A stretch of 63,667 nt of DNA, filler included, from Octopus bimaculoides (GCF_001194135.2; 7 parts of 7 records of this genome joined end to end with filler, not necessarily neighbours in it); one strand, 5' to 3'. Positions 38,843 through 51,123 are shown, numbered from the whole stretch's first letter. Notes: generated by a model from the letters alone, not told the origin. Translations and numbers: made by a program.

Positions 38843-38997
38843 TGGTGGCGTGGTTAAGAAATTTGCTTTCCAGCCACATGGTTCCAGATTCAGTCCCACT
38901 GCAAGGTACTTTTGAACAAGTGTCTTCAACTAGAGTTCTGGAACAACCAAAGCCTTGTGAATGGATTTGGTGGGTAGAAACTGAAAGTAGTCCATCC

Positions 38998-39031
<34 letters not shown>

Positions 39032-39200
39032 TGTCTCTCACCGCCATCTGGCAACTGGTGCTGGTGTGTTTATGTCCTCAATAGAATAAGCGCCAGGCTT
39101 ATAAACATCTAAGTATCAGAGTTGATTTCTATGACTAAATCCTTCAAGATTCTACCCCAGGACGCCAACAATCCAATGACCAGAACAAAATAAAAGATGA
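38843..39200 (+). mobile_element. SINE family B, near full length, diverged
   Basis: Head GTGGCGTGGTTAAG, AGATTCAGTCCC B-box, internal (TG)n, ATAGAATAAG 3' block. Confidence 0.75.
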
Positions 39201-39269
39201 AATATATATGCGTATCTTATGTTTCATGAAGATGATATGTGTACATATATATATACGGATACACATGAA

Positions 39270-39425
39270 GGGCTTCAAGACATTTGCCAATCAGTAAAAT
39301 TCTATTTACAACATAATAAACTCGAGGTTATGGCAGAAACGGAAGACACTTTACTGAAGTGCTGTACAGAGAGATGGAGCTTAAGACTATGTGACTACAA
39401 AGCTTACTTCCTAACGACACAACCT
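39270..39425 (-). mobile_element. SINE family B, diverged 5' half
   Basis: Same family on the minus strand; shares flank with 37230-37450. Confidence 0.6.
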
Positions 39426-40004
39426 TGCTTGCTAATTCTATCAGATCAAGCAATCGTGCTGAGGCTTTCTCTTATTGGTTCATCACTTTAATAGTCTTGG
39501 AGAAATTTATGAACACCCAACCCTATCTGATTTTTTTTAATCTTTTATTTTTTTGTTGTTATTGTAATTTTTTTTTTCCTTCTCCTTCAGGATGTAAATC
39601 GATCATTGATATATATTTCTGGATCAAGGAAGGTCAAGCAATTGGCTATATTTTATCACACTAAAGTTGCGATACAAATTACAAGTATTTGAGTCCCCTC
39701 TTAAAGAATTGTCCAGGTTTGCGATTTGACAGATATTCGATGTCAGGTGAATTGATTCGAAACAAAAAAAAACAGAATATGAGAAATCAAAAAATGGTTT
39801 CTGTTGGCAGCAAAAAAAAAAAAAAATATATAAAAAAACAATGAATAAAATTTGTAAAAATTCTGATTGATTTTTGCTGCCCATTTATATTATCAGAGTC
39901 CCAGACATGTCAATTTTGGTATGTGTGATTCTGTTCTTTATTCCTTTTTTATAATAAGCATTAAGTCTTTAGGTTGGTAGGCATGGCTGTTGTCATCAAT
40001 ATCA

Positions 40005-40125
40005 CCATCATCGTTTTAGTACCTACTTTTTCATGCTTGCATTAGCTGATCAGAATTTATTGAGGCAAATTTTCTACAGCTGGAAACACTTCCTGCAGCC
40101 AACCCCTACCTGTTTCCAAAGGAGA
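40005..40125 (-). mobile_element. RTE-tail-related retroposon fragment
   Basis: ATCATCGTTTTAGT...TTTCATGCTTGCAT...TTCTACAGCTGGA...CTTCCT resembles the RTE 3' UTR at 47110-47245. Confidence 0.55.
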
Positions 40126-40669
40126 TGACATTTCTCCAAAGTAGGACATGGAAAATTGGAAACAAAGGATACTCTTGTACAATGTCAAGAAGATATGATC
40201 GTACACACACAAACATACCTATATACACATATGCAAGCAGTCAAGGAAGCACAACTAAGCTGCAGAAGCCATGCATTCACCTCAAGAGGAAGTTTTGTCC
40301 TAATAACTGTTAGGATAGCCTCAGTTGATTGAAATAATTTATTCGCTGTATTATATATGAGAGATCCCTAAGGTAGTAACACAAAGGGTTCAATGATTAA
40401 ACCAGATGTGTGGTGCCTTGGGGCAAGTGTCCTCTGCTATAACATTGATATTGTCTATCTTCTGAATGGAAATGGGTAGAGGGGAAACTATGTAGAAGCC
40501 TTTTGTGTCTGCATTTGTCAATATACAAGGTTTGATCATAAAGTATCAGGACTGTTACTATGGCAATGGAGGTAAAGTATGCAGAATGAAGCCACCTGGC
40601 ACAAACTGACCTTGATCTCTGTCACACATGCATACAAAGTTATAATATTCTTGCTCACTTTTGTTGTTT

Positions 40670-41055
40670 ATAGCAGAACTTGAAAGTAGAGTGTGTAGAG
40701 TGTGGTCATCTCAAAAAGAAGATCAGGTTTCAGTTGTACAGGATCTCCTTGATTGTGTTGAAGAAGACAATAAATTTTTGGAAAACGGTCATATGATGAT
40801 GATGGTCATAACAGGGGATAAATCACAATATAGGGACAGGTATCTTGCTTCGAGGTGAACACATAACTTCCCCAAAATTAAGACAAAAATCAAATCCCAC
40901 TTGAAAGGAACAAGATTTCAAGACATCAAGAAAAACCAAGAGAATGTGACAAGGCTATCCCAAAAAAGAAGTTCCAGGAATGCTTCCATCAATGGAAGCA
41001 CTGCTGGATGAAGTTTATGTCTTCAGAAGGGAACGATCTTGAAGGAAACTAAATG
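40670..41055 (+). mobile_element. mariner transposase fragments, internally deleted
   Basis: QKEDQVSVVQDLLDCVEEDNKFLEN...VITGDKS (first catalytic D), then FPKIK...HLKGTRFQDI and PKKKFQECFHQWKHCWMKFMSSEGNDLEGN* (mariner C-terminus). Confidence 0.75.
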
Positions 41056-41399
41056 TCAAATTGCTAAGTGTTATAGCTTTCTTTTTGTAGTGCTAGTCCT
41101 GATACTTTTTGATCAGACCTCGTATGTATATATGTGCATGTCAGTGGCCATGTTTTTGTCTGCACCAGTCTAAAAACCAGTGTTATTGACGTATTATTTT
41201 ATACTCTGTAACTTACAAGTTTGATGAAATAAAATTAACTAAATTGAATATCAGACTGAAATAAAACAGAGAGGCCAATATGATTGACTAAGCTCTTGAG
41301 GGCGGTGCTCCAGTATGGTTACAGTTCAATGATTGCAACAAGCAAAAGAATTATATACTTATATAAATGTGTATGTATGTGGTGTTCTATGCATTTTAG

Positions 41400-42280
41400 T
41401 AACAGGAGGTGTGTGTGTGTGTGTACGTGTATACATAAGTGTATCTATATAAATACAAACATTCATACATCTATGTAAGTATAAATACATGCGCATGTTT
41501 GTTATGGCAGTTGTGGCTGCTGTATATGTGCATGTGCATGTATGTATATATGTGTGTGTGTATACATATACATACATGTATGAACATGCTTCACACATGC
41601 ACATATACATATATGTGTATGCATATACAAACATATCAACATACATACATATATGTCTGTATACTCACACACACATACATATATACATATCTGTCTACAT
41701 ACACAGACACACACTTATCTATATTTATATATATATGTATGTATGTATATCTATGTGTATATATATATATATAAATATGTACACGCATATATTTGTTATG
41801 CCAGTTCTTATGGTATTGTACATATATACACACAGATATATAGTTACATAGACATGCATTTATGTATGTACACATACAGGTTTGTACATGTGTATATATT
41901 CACATATACAAATACACACACACACATGTATATAACTCACATATGCGTATGTATACACACGTACATACACTTAGCTACATTCATATACCTATACATACAT
42001 ACATATACATATTTATTATGGCAATTTTTCTGGTGGGTGTACATATAAACGACACATATATGTACATACAGACATAAGCATATACGTATGTGCATACACA
42101 CACACACATACACACGCATATATACATATCTGCCTATACATATATGCATATACACATATATATGCATATATGTACATATACACTCATTTCTGCATATACA
42201 TTTGTACACATACACACATATGGACATACACATACATTCATATGCATATGTGTGTATGCATACACACACACACTGTCTAT
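41400..42280. repeat. Degenerate (TA)/(CA)/(TACA) low-complexity tract
   Basis: Direct reading. Confidence 0.9.
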
Positions 42281-43355
42281 CCCTCTCTCTCTGTGGTAAT
42301 AGCTGTTAGGGGTGGGTGTGATGAAGTCAATTGAACATTGTCGATATCAACATGCTTGTCCGTTTCTTTTTATTTCTCTATTTATTTATTCATTTTGAAT
42401 TATTTTTATTTATGATGTCCAAACCACAACATTAACAACAACAACAACAATAAAAACAGCCAAAACCCAGAAGAGACAGATAGAAAAAGAAAAAAAAACA
42501 TAAAAAAGAAAAATTAAATTAAATTAAAAAAAATATACTAAGAGAAAAAAAAAACCCATTCTTGGTAAGAATTTACGAATTAATCATCAGAAGCGCCGAC
42601 ACCACTCCTCCTTCGTCTCCTTCTTTGCCATCAGCACTTCTTTTTCTTTCTTCTCCTCCACCTGCTTCTTTACCATCTTGAAGCAGCATCACTCCTCACC
42701 CTGCCACCCCTCCCCTCCACCACCACCGCCACTTTCCATCGCGGCCCATTTTCGTACAATCAATCAGGAAATCAAATAATTTAGTTTTCCATCAGTGGTT
42801 CTTCCATCTAAAATGCGAATGGTTAATGCAAGCATATTCATTCCCCTTCCTCTTGCCAAACACAAATTCCATTTTAATTAGTTGTTGTTACGACTACCAC
42901 CACCACCACCACCACTACCACCACCATCACCACCACTACTACTACTACCATTTGTTGTACCACTACCGCTGCTAGTACCATCACCACCGCCGCTGCTATT
43001 AATGTCACCCATAACCATCACCGACATTATAATTACTATTACTACTAATAAGATAATGGTGAGGAAGACAGGCGATTGGATGATGATGATGAAGAAGAAG
43101 ATGAAGATGGTGAAATCAACAATGATGGTGATGGTAATATTTCCTTTCTTCTTTTATTCTGAGAAGGTAGGGTTATGTCCAAAATGTCCATAGCACTTTC
43201 AGGCCCTCCCCAGTCGTGTGAGAGGATTGTAGAGATGCTGATGGGGGATGATGATGATGATGATGATGATAATGGGGTTGATGACAATGGTGATGATGAT
43301 AATGATGGTGCCCTTGTAGCAAATAAAGAAATTATCATTATTATTATGACTTATA

Positions 43356-43768
43356 GGCGCAGGAGTGGCTGTGTGGTAAGTAGCTTGCTTACGAACCACA
43401 TAGTTCCGGGTTCAGTCCGACTCCGTGGCACCTTGGGCAAGTGTCTTCCACTATAGCCTCGGGCCGACCAAAGACTTGTGAGTGGATTTGGTAGACAAAA
43501 ACTGAAAGAAGCCCGTCGTATATATCTATCTATATATATATATGTATGTGTGTGTGTATGTTTGTGTGTCTGTGTTTGTCCCCCCCAACGTCGCCTGACA
43601 ACCGATGGTGGTGTGTTTACATCCCCGTAACTTAGTGGTTTGGCAAAAGAGACCGATAGAATAAGTACTAGGCTTCCAAAGAATAAGTCCTGGGGTCGAT
43701 TTGCTCGACTAAACGCGGTGCTCCAGCATGACCGCAGTCAAATGACTGAAACAAGTAAAAAGAGAGAG
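43356..43768 (+). mobile_element. tRNA-derived SINE family B (CORE-like), full length
   Basis: A-box-like GTGGCTGTGTGGT, B-box GGTTCAGTCC, CORE-like CACCTTGGGCAAGTGTCTT, internal (TA)/(TG) linker, 3' block GATAGAATAAGTACTAGGC...ATGACTGAAACAAGTAAAAAG. Confidence 0.88.
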
Positions 43769-44469
43769 ATGAGAAGGCAACAGACTAGCTATTCTAACAG
43801 TTTTCAGTTTTGTTCTGCTATGGGTAGCAAAATCTTTATATAAGGTCAATATGATGGGTACAAAAGACATGTCCTGACCTATAAAGCAGTAATCAACTTT
43901 ACATCCACTTCATAAACTGGTTTAGTCATTTTGCTGAAGCTTTGCCAGGTGTTTCATTCCATTCCTTTTGTATACTATGTCATTATCTGGAGCAGGGTTA
44001 TACAAAATAAGCACGTCAGCACAAAGTGGACACCAAAGATATTTTCCAATGCAGGATTTACAAAGGTGCACATAGTGTAGCATAGTGTAGCTAAACTGAG
44101 CCCTACAGAAAATACCGGAAAAATATATTTGTCTCCTGTTGTCTTCATTATAAGTCAATAATTCTCTTATATTGTTTACAGCTATTGAGAATTACTATTT
44201 TGACCACAACCTGTCAAAGACTGCCTCTGGGTATATTATACAAACTTCCTGGTTTTAAAGTATAATAAAAAAACTTCCACCAAAATTTCGTGCTAATGTC
44301 CCAAACACCAGCCTAATAAGGACAAAGGTATTTTACTAAATTTTTCATTACCTTAAAAATTAATTGCAACAAAGGCAGTGTATTTCAGCAGAAATCAGGT
44401 AAGAAAAGGGTTACATGAATGAAAAAAAATTTTTTAAAGTTATATTTGGGAGTTTGGTCTGAAAGAAAA

Positions 44470-44770
44470 CTGTCAGAAGGCTGTGAAAATTACAAGAGAG
44501 GATGAAACTATTTTAGCAGGTGTGTCTGCATGTTGGAGAAATAGTTAGGAAAGGGTGCATGCTTTTGTTAGCCAGGGTGATCAGGGATCTGTGAGGTCCT
44601 CCTATGTCATTTGTAATCTATTATTTTCCCATCAACTTTAATGTCTTTAATGTCTTGAAAGTTAATGGAAATGTTGGTAAGGAAACCATTGCTGGGAATG
44701 AGCTTATGGTATCAGGTGGCTGTAATATGGACTTGGTCTGGAAACCAAAGTAAAGTTATGAGACTGGAAT
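44470..44770 (-). mobile_element. Penelope-like RT C-terminal fragment, highly decayed
   Basis: SINFQDIKDIKVDGKI and NDIGGPHRSLITLANKSMHPFLTISPTCRHTC; paralogous to 46800-46910. Confidence 0.45.
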
Positions 44771-45339
44771 ATTATAGATTTCACATAAAAGTAAAATGGA
44801 AGCCAGAATAAAAAAATATATATAATGAAATATAATTTAACAAAATATAGTCAATAACATTACTGCTATTTATCCATCTCCATTTACACTTCAAATCTTG
44901 TTGGAGAGGACTGGGGTGGGGTGGGGGGTCGTCTTTGTCATCCTTCTGAGGTCGATAAAATAAATAAGTCAATAACTAAAAGCATTGATTTAATCAACTA
45001 TGTGCTCTCAGCCAGAAATTTTGGTTTTGTTCCAATTTTAGAAATCATTGGTTTCAAATCCCCAAAAGGAGTTGACTTTGTCTTTGATCCTTTGCAGAGT
45101 TAACAAAACATGTACCAATCAAGTACTAGCGTATCGATCAAACTTCTTTTGTCATGCGACAATGCCTGAAGTTTGGTGGCTTTGGTTTAACAAAAGGAAA
45201 AAAAGATCTCTAGTGCAATGGCTAACAGAGAGGACTGAGAACAGATTATTCCTCCTTAGTAAAGCCCTCCATTTTCTTTCAAGTGTTATTTGTAAAGGGA
45301 ATATGAAAGAAGAAAGGGAAGGAAATGCTGTCCTCATGT

Positions 45340-46095
45340 AAATTTGGTTAAAGGTGGGAAATAGAGTTACAAGTATGACCTGAATGAATGGGCCTTCTCT
45401 GAAAATGAGCCCATAGGCTGTGGGCTTTGGTTAGTCAGAGTAGTCAGAATTTCTAAGGAGTTCTTTGATTATTCTAAGGTGTTTATCCCCTTGTATTGAG
45501 ACCATTTTATAAACCTGGGGACAGCATCATTGCTGGGGTAAGGGGGAGGTGAGGAGGATGGTCTGATCTGAACAATGCTTTTATGGATGTTGAACTTATG
45601 GGTCTTCGGTATATGTTTGTATAAGCTTGTGGGCTGGGGAGTTGGGTGGCAAGGTCTAGGGCTACCCCAAGAAGCACATATTTTAGTATAGGAAAATACT
45701 TTATATTTGCTTACTAGATGTGGGAAAATCTACATAAAACAGAATAGTGGAAGGCAGACAGGAGATAAAACATTGCCAAGAGACCTAATTGAGACAACAG
45801 GCCATTTCCTGACAAATAGTTTTATTGGGTCTTCATGTGTTAACAGTTTCAGTGTATGTTTTTATTATGTATTTCATGTCTGCCATACTAAATCAAAAAC
45901 CCTCAATATTGTCTTGATAATGTCCCTCACCCTTTGTCCTTGTGGCATTGAAGGAAATCATTATTTGATGTTAACAGGTACTCATCATCCCTCTGCCATC
46001 AGATAGAATTGAGAAAGAATTACAAAATTATTGAGGAAACTCTGGATGTTGACAAGGATAAACTGGGTGGTCTGCTCCTAAGGACTTTCAGGTGA
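45340..46095 (-). mobile_element. Penelope-like RT N-terminal fragment, highly decayed
   Basis: KDKG, KLLTHEDP and IPKTHK...RP motifs occur in the order of the PLE ADKG...DP...PKIHK...RP motifs. Confidence 0.4.
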
Positions 46096-46110
46096 GAGAC
46101 AAATACAGAT

Positions 46111-46380
46111 AATATTCTTTTCTACTCTATTATTATTATTAATGAAGGTGGCAGAATCGTTAGCATTCCGGGCGAAATGCTTAGCAGTAGGCCTGAAATT
46201 TTGGGGGAAGGGACCAGTTGATTAGATTAACCCCAGTACACAACTGGTACTGAATTTATCGACCCCAAAAGGATTAAAGGCAAAGTCGACCTCGGCGGAA
46301 TTTGAACTCAGAACGTAAAGACGAAATACTACTAAGCATTTTACCCGGCATGCTAACGTTTCTGCCAGCTTGCCACCTTA
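46111..46380 (-). mobile_element. SINE family A, full length, tail interrupted by a 60-bp insertion
   Basis: Head at 46380, B-box GAGTTCAAATTCC; the tail is split between 46189 and 46128. Confidence 0.85.
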
Positions 46381-46439
46381 AGTATAGATAATTTTGAGAA
46401 ATTCTTCATCTGGCAATGCTACTCAAGGGTTTGAAATGA

Positions 46440-46915
46440 GTTCTATTGTAAGCTTGAAAGTCCTGTTAGTGACATGTGCAGAGTGACAAAACTGTTCAGT
46501 ACACATTTGCTCTGTGTTCTCTGAACTGGTTTAACTCCAAAAGTTATTGTGCATGGATGACCGAACCAGCAATCGGCTGAGTTCACTAGAGGAAATCATC
46601 ACTGCTCTACTTAACCAGGCAAAGCTGCCTATTTTACTCTGTCTGGTGGCTGAAGTGAAAGTGGTTATGTGGTGGATGACGATGAAAGGATCACAGACAG
46701 ACACTTTCTTCTTTGGTCAAACTCTCTTTGGAGAAGATGATGAAGGTCGAGACAGAAGTGTTCTCCTCTAATGAATTTGCCAAAAGGTGTGTGAATGTCG
46801 TACAACTGGCAAGAGTGTTTGTAGGCTGGAGAAACAGTTAATAGAAGGTATTTGCACCTGTTAGTCAGGGTAATACTTGACGTAGTTAAAGGCCCTCCTA
46901 TGTCATTATATATCA
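46440..46915 (-). mobile_element. Second Penelope-like fragment
   Basis: NDIGGPLTTSSITLTNRCKYLLLTVSPAYKHSC, homologous to 44480-44610. Confidence 0.45.
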
Positions 46916-47058
46916 TTCAGGTGTTTATATACTACATATAGTTTGTATCTCAGTTTTACTTTTTCTTCACCTGATTTTAACCATTATTATTATTATTATT
47001 ATTATTATCATTATTATCAATAATAATAATAATAATAATGATGATGATTATAATAATG

Positions 47059-47093
<35 letters not shown>

Positions 47094-47095
47094 AA

Positions 47096-48603
47096 TCATC
47101 ATCATCATCATCATCGTTTAACGTCCGCTTTCCATGCTAGCATGGGTTGGACGATTTGACTGAGGACTGGTGAAACCGGATGGCAACACCAGGCTCCAGT
47201 CTGATTTGGCAGAGTTTCTACAGCTGGATGCCCTTCCTAACGCCAACCACTCAGAGAGTGTAGTGGGTGCTTTTACGTGTCACCCGCACGAAAACGGCCA
47301 CGCTCGAAATGGTGTCTTTTATGTGCCACCCGCACAAGCCAGTCCNNNNNNNNNNNNNNNNNNNNNNNNNNNNNNNNNNNNNNNNNNNNNNNNNNNNNNN
47401 NNNNNNNNNNNNNNNNNNNNNNNNNNNNNNNNNNNNNNNNNNNNNNNNNNNNNNNNNNNNNNNNNNNNNNNNNNNNNNNNNNNNNNNNNNNNNNNNNNNN
47501 NNNNNNNNNNNNNNNNNNNNNNNNNNNNNNNNNNNNNNNNNNNNNNNNNNNNNNNNNNNNNNNNNNNNNNNNNNNNNNNNNNNNNNNNNNNNNNNNNNNN
47601 NNNNNNNNNNNNNNNNNNNNNNNNNNNNNNNNNNNNNNNNNNNNNNNNNNNNNNNNNNNNNNNNNNNNNNNNNNNNNNNNNNNNNNNNNNNNNNNNNNNN
47701 NNNNNNNNNNNNNNNNNNNNNNNNNNNNNNNNNNNNNNNNNNNNNNNNNNNNNNNNNNNNNNNNNNNNNNNNNNNNNNNNNNNNNNNNNNNNNNNNNNNN
47801 NNNNNNNNNNNNNNNNNNNNNNNNNNNNNNNNNNNNNNNNNNNNNNNNNNNNNNNNNNNNNNNNNNNNNNNNNNNNNNNNNNNNNNNNNNNNNNNNNNNN
47901 NNNNNNNNNNNNNNNNNNNNNNNNNNNNNNNNNNNNNNNNNNNNNNNNNNNNNNNNNNNNNNNNNNNNNNNNNNNNNNNNNNNNNNNNNNNNNNNNNNNN
48001 NNNNNNNNNNNNNNNNNNNNNNNNNNNNNNNNNNNNNNNNNNNNNNNNNNNNNNNNNNNNNNNNNNNNNNNNNNNNNNNNNNNNNNNNNNNNNNNNNNNN
48101 NNNNNNNNNNNNNNNNNNNNNNNNNNNNNNNNNNNNNNNNNNNNNNNNNNNNNNNNNNNNNNNNNNNNNNNNNNNNNNNNNNNNNNNNNNNNNNNNNNNN
48201 NNNNNNNNNNNNNNNNNNNNNNNNNNNNNNGCAACCTGTCTTGAACTCCTCTGTGATTGCCTGGAGGACTATGGTAAATAATAGGGGGCTGAGGACGGAA
48301 CCTTGGTGGACCCCTACCTCTACCCGGAATTCATTGCTGTACTCATTTCCAACCCTCACCTTACTGGCCGCATCTCTGTACATGGCTCGCACAGCTCTCA
48401 CTAGCCATTCTTCTATCCCAAGTTTCCTCATTGACCACCAGATAAGGGATCGGGGGACCCTGTCAAAGGCTTTCTCCATGTCAACGAAAGCCAGGTACAG
48501 AGGTTTATCCTTGGCTAGGTATTTCTCTTGCAACTGTCTCACTAGAAATAAGGCATCAGTAGTGCTTTTACCTGGCACGAACCCAAACTGCATCTCATCT
48601 AAA
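47096..48603 (-). mobile_element. RTE-clade LINE, 5'-truncated, apparently young
   Basis: Uninterrupted RT segment QFGFVPGKSTTDA...FVDMEKAFDRVPR...GVHQGSVLSPLLF (48231-48603); 3' UTR at 47110-47345 ending in a (GAT)n tail; the middle lies in an N gap. Confidence 0.93.
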
Positions 48604-48671
48604 TAATAACAATAATAATAATGATAATAACAATAATAATAGTAATGATAATAATAATAATAATAATAATA

Positions 48672-48941
48672 ATCCTTTCTATTATAGGCACAAGGCTTGA
48701 AATTTGGTGGGAGGAGACCAGTCAATTAGATTGTCCTCAGTGCGCAACTGGTACTTAATTTATCGACCCTGAGATGATGAAAGGCAAAGTCAACCTCAGT
48801 GGAATTTGAACTCAGAATGTAAAGACGGACGAAATACTGCTAANNNNNNNNNNCTCAGTGGAATTTGAACTCAGAATGTAAAGACGGACGAAATACTGCT
48901 AAGCATTTCGCCCGGAATGCTAACGATTCTGCCACCTTCAT
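48672..48941 (-). mobile_element. SINE family A, full length
   Basis: Head, B-box, central block and CCTTGTGCCT tail all present; 49 bp are duplicated across the 10-N gap (artefact). Confidence 0.85.
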
Positions 48942-48964
48942 TAATAATAATAATAATAATAATC

Positions 48965-49170
48965 GCATATAGACAGAATTGTTAGCACACTGAAACAAAC
49001 AGCTTACTGGTATTTCATCCATCTTTATGTTCTGAGTTCAAATTCAGCTAAGGTTGACTTTGCCTTCATCTATTTGGGGGTCTATAAAATAGAAACCAGT
49101 TGAGTACGGGAGTCAATTGCATTAGTGCTCACCCACAAAATTTCAGGTCTTGTACCTGTTGTAGGAAGAA
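48965..49170 (+). mobile_element. SINE family A, diverged
   Basis: GACAGAATTGTTAGC head, TGAGTTCAAATTC, GGTTGACTTTGCCTT. Confidence 0.75.
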
Positions 49171-49314
49171 TTATTATTAACCATGCTGGGAACCAACTTT
49201 GCTTTCCATTCCTCTAGTGTCTGATAAAACTAAGTACTAGACAAATGTTGGAATGGAGGTTATTCATTGATCCTTTTCTTTCAAAACTGCTGGTATTGTG
49301 CCTAAATCAAAACA

Positions 49315-49347
<33 letters not shown>

Positions 49348-49377
49348 TTTTGCCAGGGACGACTTTAAAAAAGAGAC

Positions 49378-49598
49378 AGCCAGCTGGCAGAATCATTAGC
49401 ACACCAGGAGAAATGCTTAGTGGTATTTTGTTTATAGCTACATTCTGAGTTCAAATTCCACCAAGGTTGGCTTTGCCTTTCATCCTTTCAGGGTTGATGA
49501 ATTAAGTACCAGTTACACACTGGAGTCGATGAAATCGACTTATCCCCTCCCCAAAATTTCAAGGCCTTGTGCCTATAGTAGAAATTATTATTATTATT
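49378..49598 (+). mobile_element. SINE family A with (TTA)n tail
   Basis: AGCTGGCAGAATCATTAGC...GAGTTCAAATTCC...GCCTTTCATCCTTTCAGGGTTGATG...CCTTGTGCCTATAGTAG. Confidence 0.85.
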
Positions 49599-49776
49599 GT
49601 CTTTGTACAGCTTCTAACGCTGAAGATGTACTACGGTGTCAGCTGTTCACAACCAGGGAACTAAGGTAACACCCCTAATTTTTCGAGCAACCATCCAGAG
49701 TATTCGAGTGGTTCCAAGCAGTGCTGTTTTCTGCAAGTGCTCCACCCTTATTGCAGCTCCTATTTGTTCCATGCAC
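49599..49776 (-). mobile_element. Dong-like RLE LINE 3' end within (TAA)n
   Basis: Minus frame CMEQIGAAIRVEHLQKTALLGTTRILWMV matches the LQKxALLGTxRIL C-terminus of R4/Dong elements; (TAA)n on both sides. Confidence 0.75.
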
Positions 49777-49780
49777 TATT

Positions 49781-49827
<47 letters not shown>

Positions 49828-51123
49828 CTGAAAATTTGAATGCGTTTCCTAATAATAATATCGTTTATTAATTTCCTGCACCAAACTTTTACTTTTAACT
49901 ACACTTACGCCTCACAAAAACGAACGAAGTCCTCCCCCCACATCCGCCACCATTTCTTTCTTTTTATTTANNNNNNNNNNNNNNNNNNNNNNNNNNNNNN
50001 NNNNNNNNNNNNNNTTAATTAATTAANNNNNNNNNNNNNNNNNNNNNNNNNNNNNNNNNNNNNNNNNNNNTATATATATATATGCATATAGTGCATATAG
50101 ATATATATACATATGTATATACATATATATATATACATATAAATATATATATGCGTATGTATACACATATGTATATCCATATATATATATATATATATAT
50201 ATGTGTGTAAACATACGTATGTACATACATGTGTCTTTCAACCCCTATTATTATACTTTAGCAGATAAAAAAGAAATGTATGCATGTGTATATATATAAT
50301 ATATATATGTATATATATACACACATATACACACATACAAACATATATCTGTATGTATATACATGTGCGTGTATGATGTGTGTCTGCCTGTGTGCGTGTT
50401 TGCGTGCACTTATTCGTTTATGGACACACAAAGAAGTTTATTAAAGTAGACTTTGTGCCAATATTATTACAGTATTGTGTTTTGGTTTCACTACTTGCTC
50501 AAGCCGTTCTTTTATTCTCTTTCAATCACCTTTCATTTTCCCCCAGTTGGAATAAGTCCAAAATACCTTGCAGCGAATTTGTTGCCATTTCTCCCTGGTA
50601 AATTGTATTACTTGTATCTTCTAAGCAGTTGCGTCGCCAAGATTTCTCTGTCACTCCATTTTCTTGTAGAATTGGTAATGTGAAAATTTCTAAACATAAA
50701 TGTCTGTTTAGCTAACAATAGATTCTTTGTGTTTGTCCATTGATTTCATGGCAGTTAAACCGTATCTTGAAAAAGCTATGTCTCGTTTCTATTCAACCAA
50801 AAATAGTATGTTCTTATTAAACAAATATTGCAATGTAGGAGGCTGTCTTACGTAGATCATTGCCTCGGCTTCAAGCTAATATAAGCAGTAGGATTGGCAC
50901 CAGATACCAAGTTTGTTACACGATTGTCTGCTGGTTCGTTGTCAGCTAATTTTCTTCCAGACTAGTGTTACAGTTACAGCAACGATTTTCCGGAACGTCT
51001 TATAATTTGCTCTAATTCACAAGCTGGTACTTCAGATATACGTAGCCTCCAAACTAGTTTTACAGATGTCTTGTACAGACTAGTACCTTGTTTAACGGTC
51101 ATTTTTATAGCATTTGTTTCGAT

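Noticed and set aside
43356-43430. tRNA gene from A/B boxes
   Set aside because: No cloverleaf; continues into a SINE body found in many copies.
45978-46091. Apparent plus-strand exon (AG...YKIIEETLDVDKDKLGGLLLRTF...GTGAGA)
   Set aside because: Faint Pcc1-like look, but no partner exons were found and it lies in sequence better explained as an antisense Penelope-like relic.
48795-48902. 49-bp direct repeat around a 10-N gap
   Set aside because: Exact overlap of unmerged contig ends; assembly artefact.
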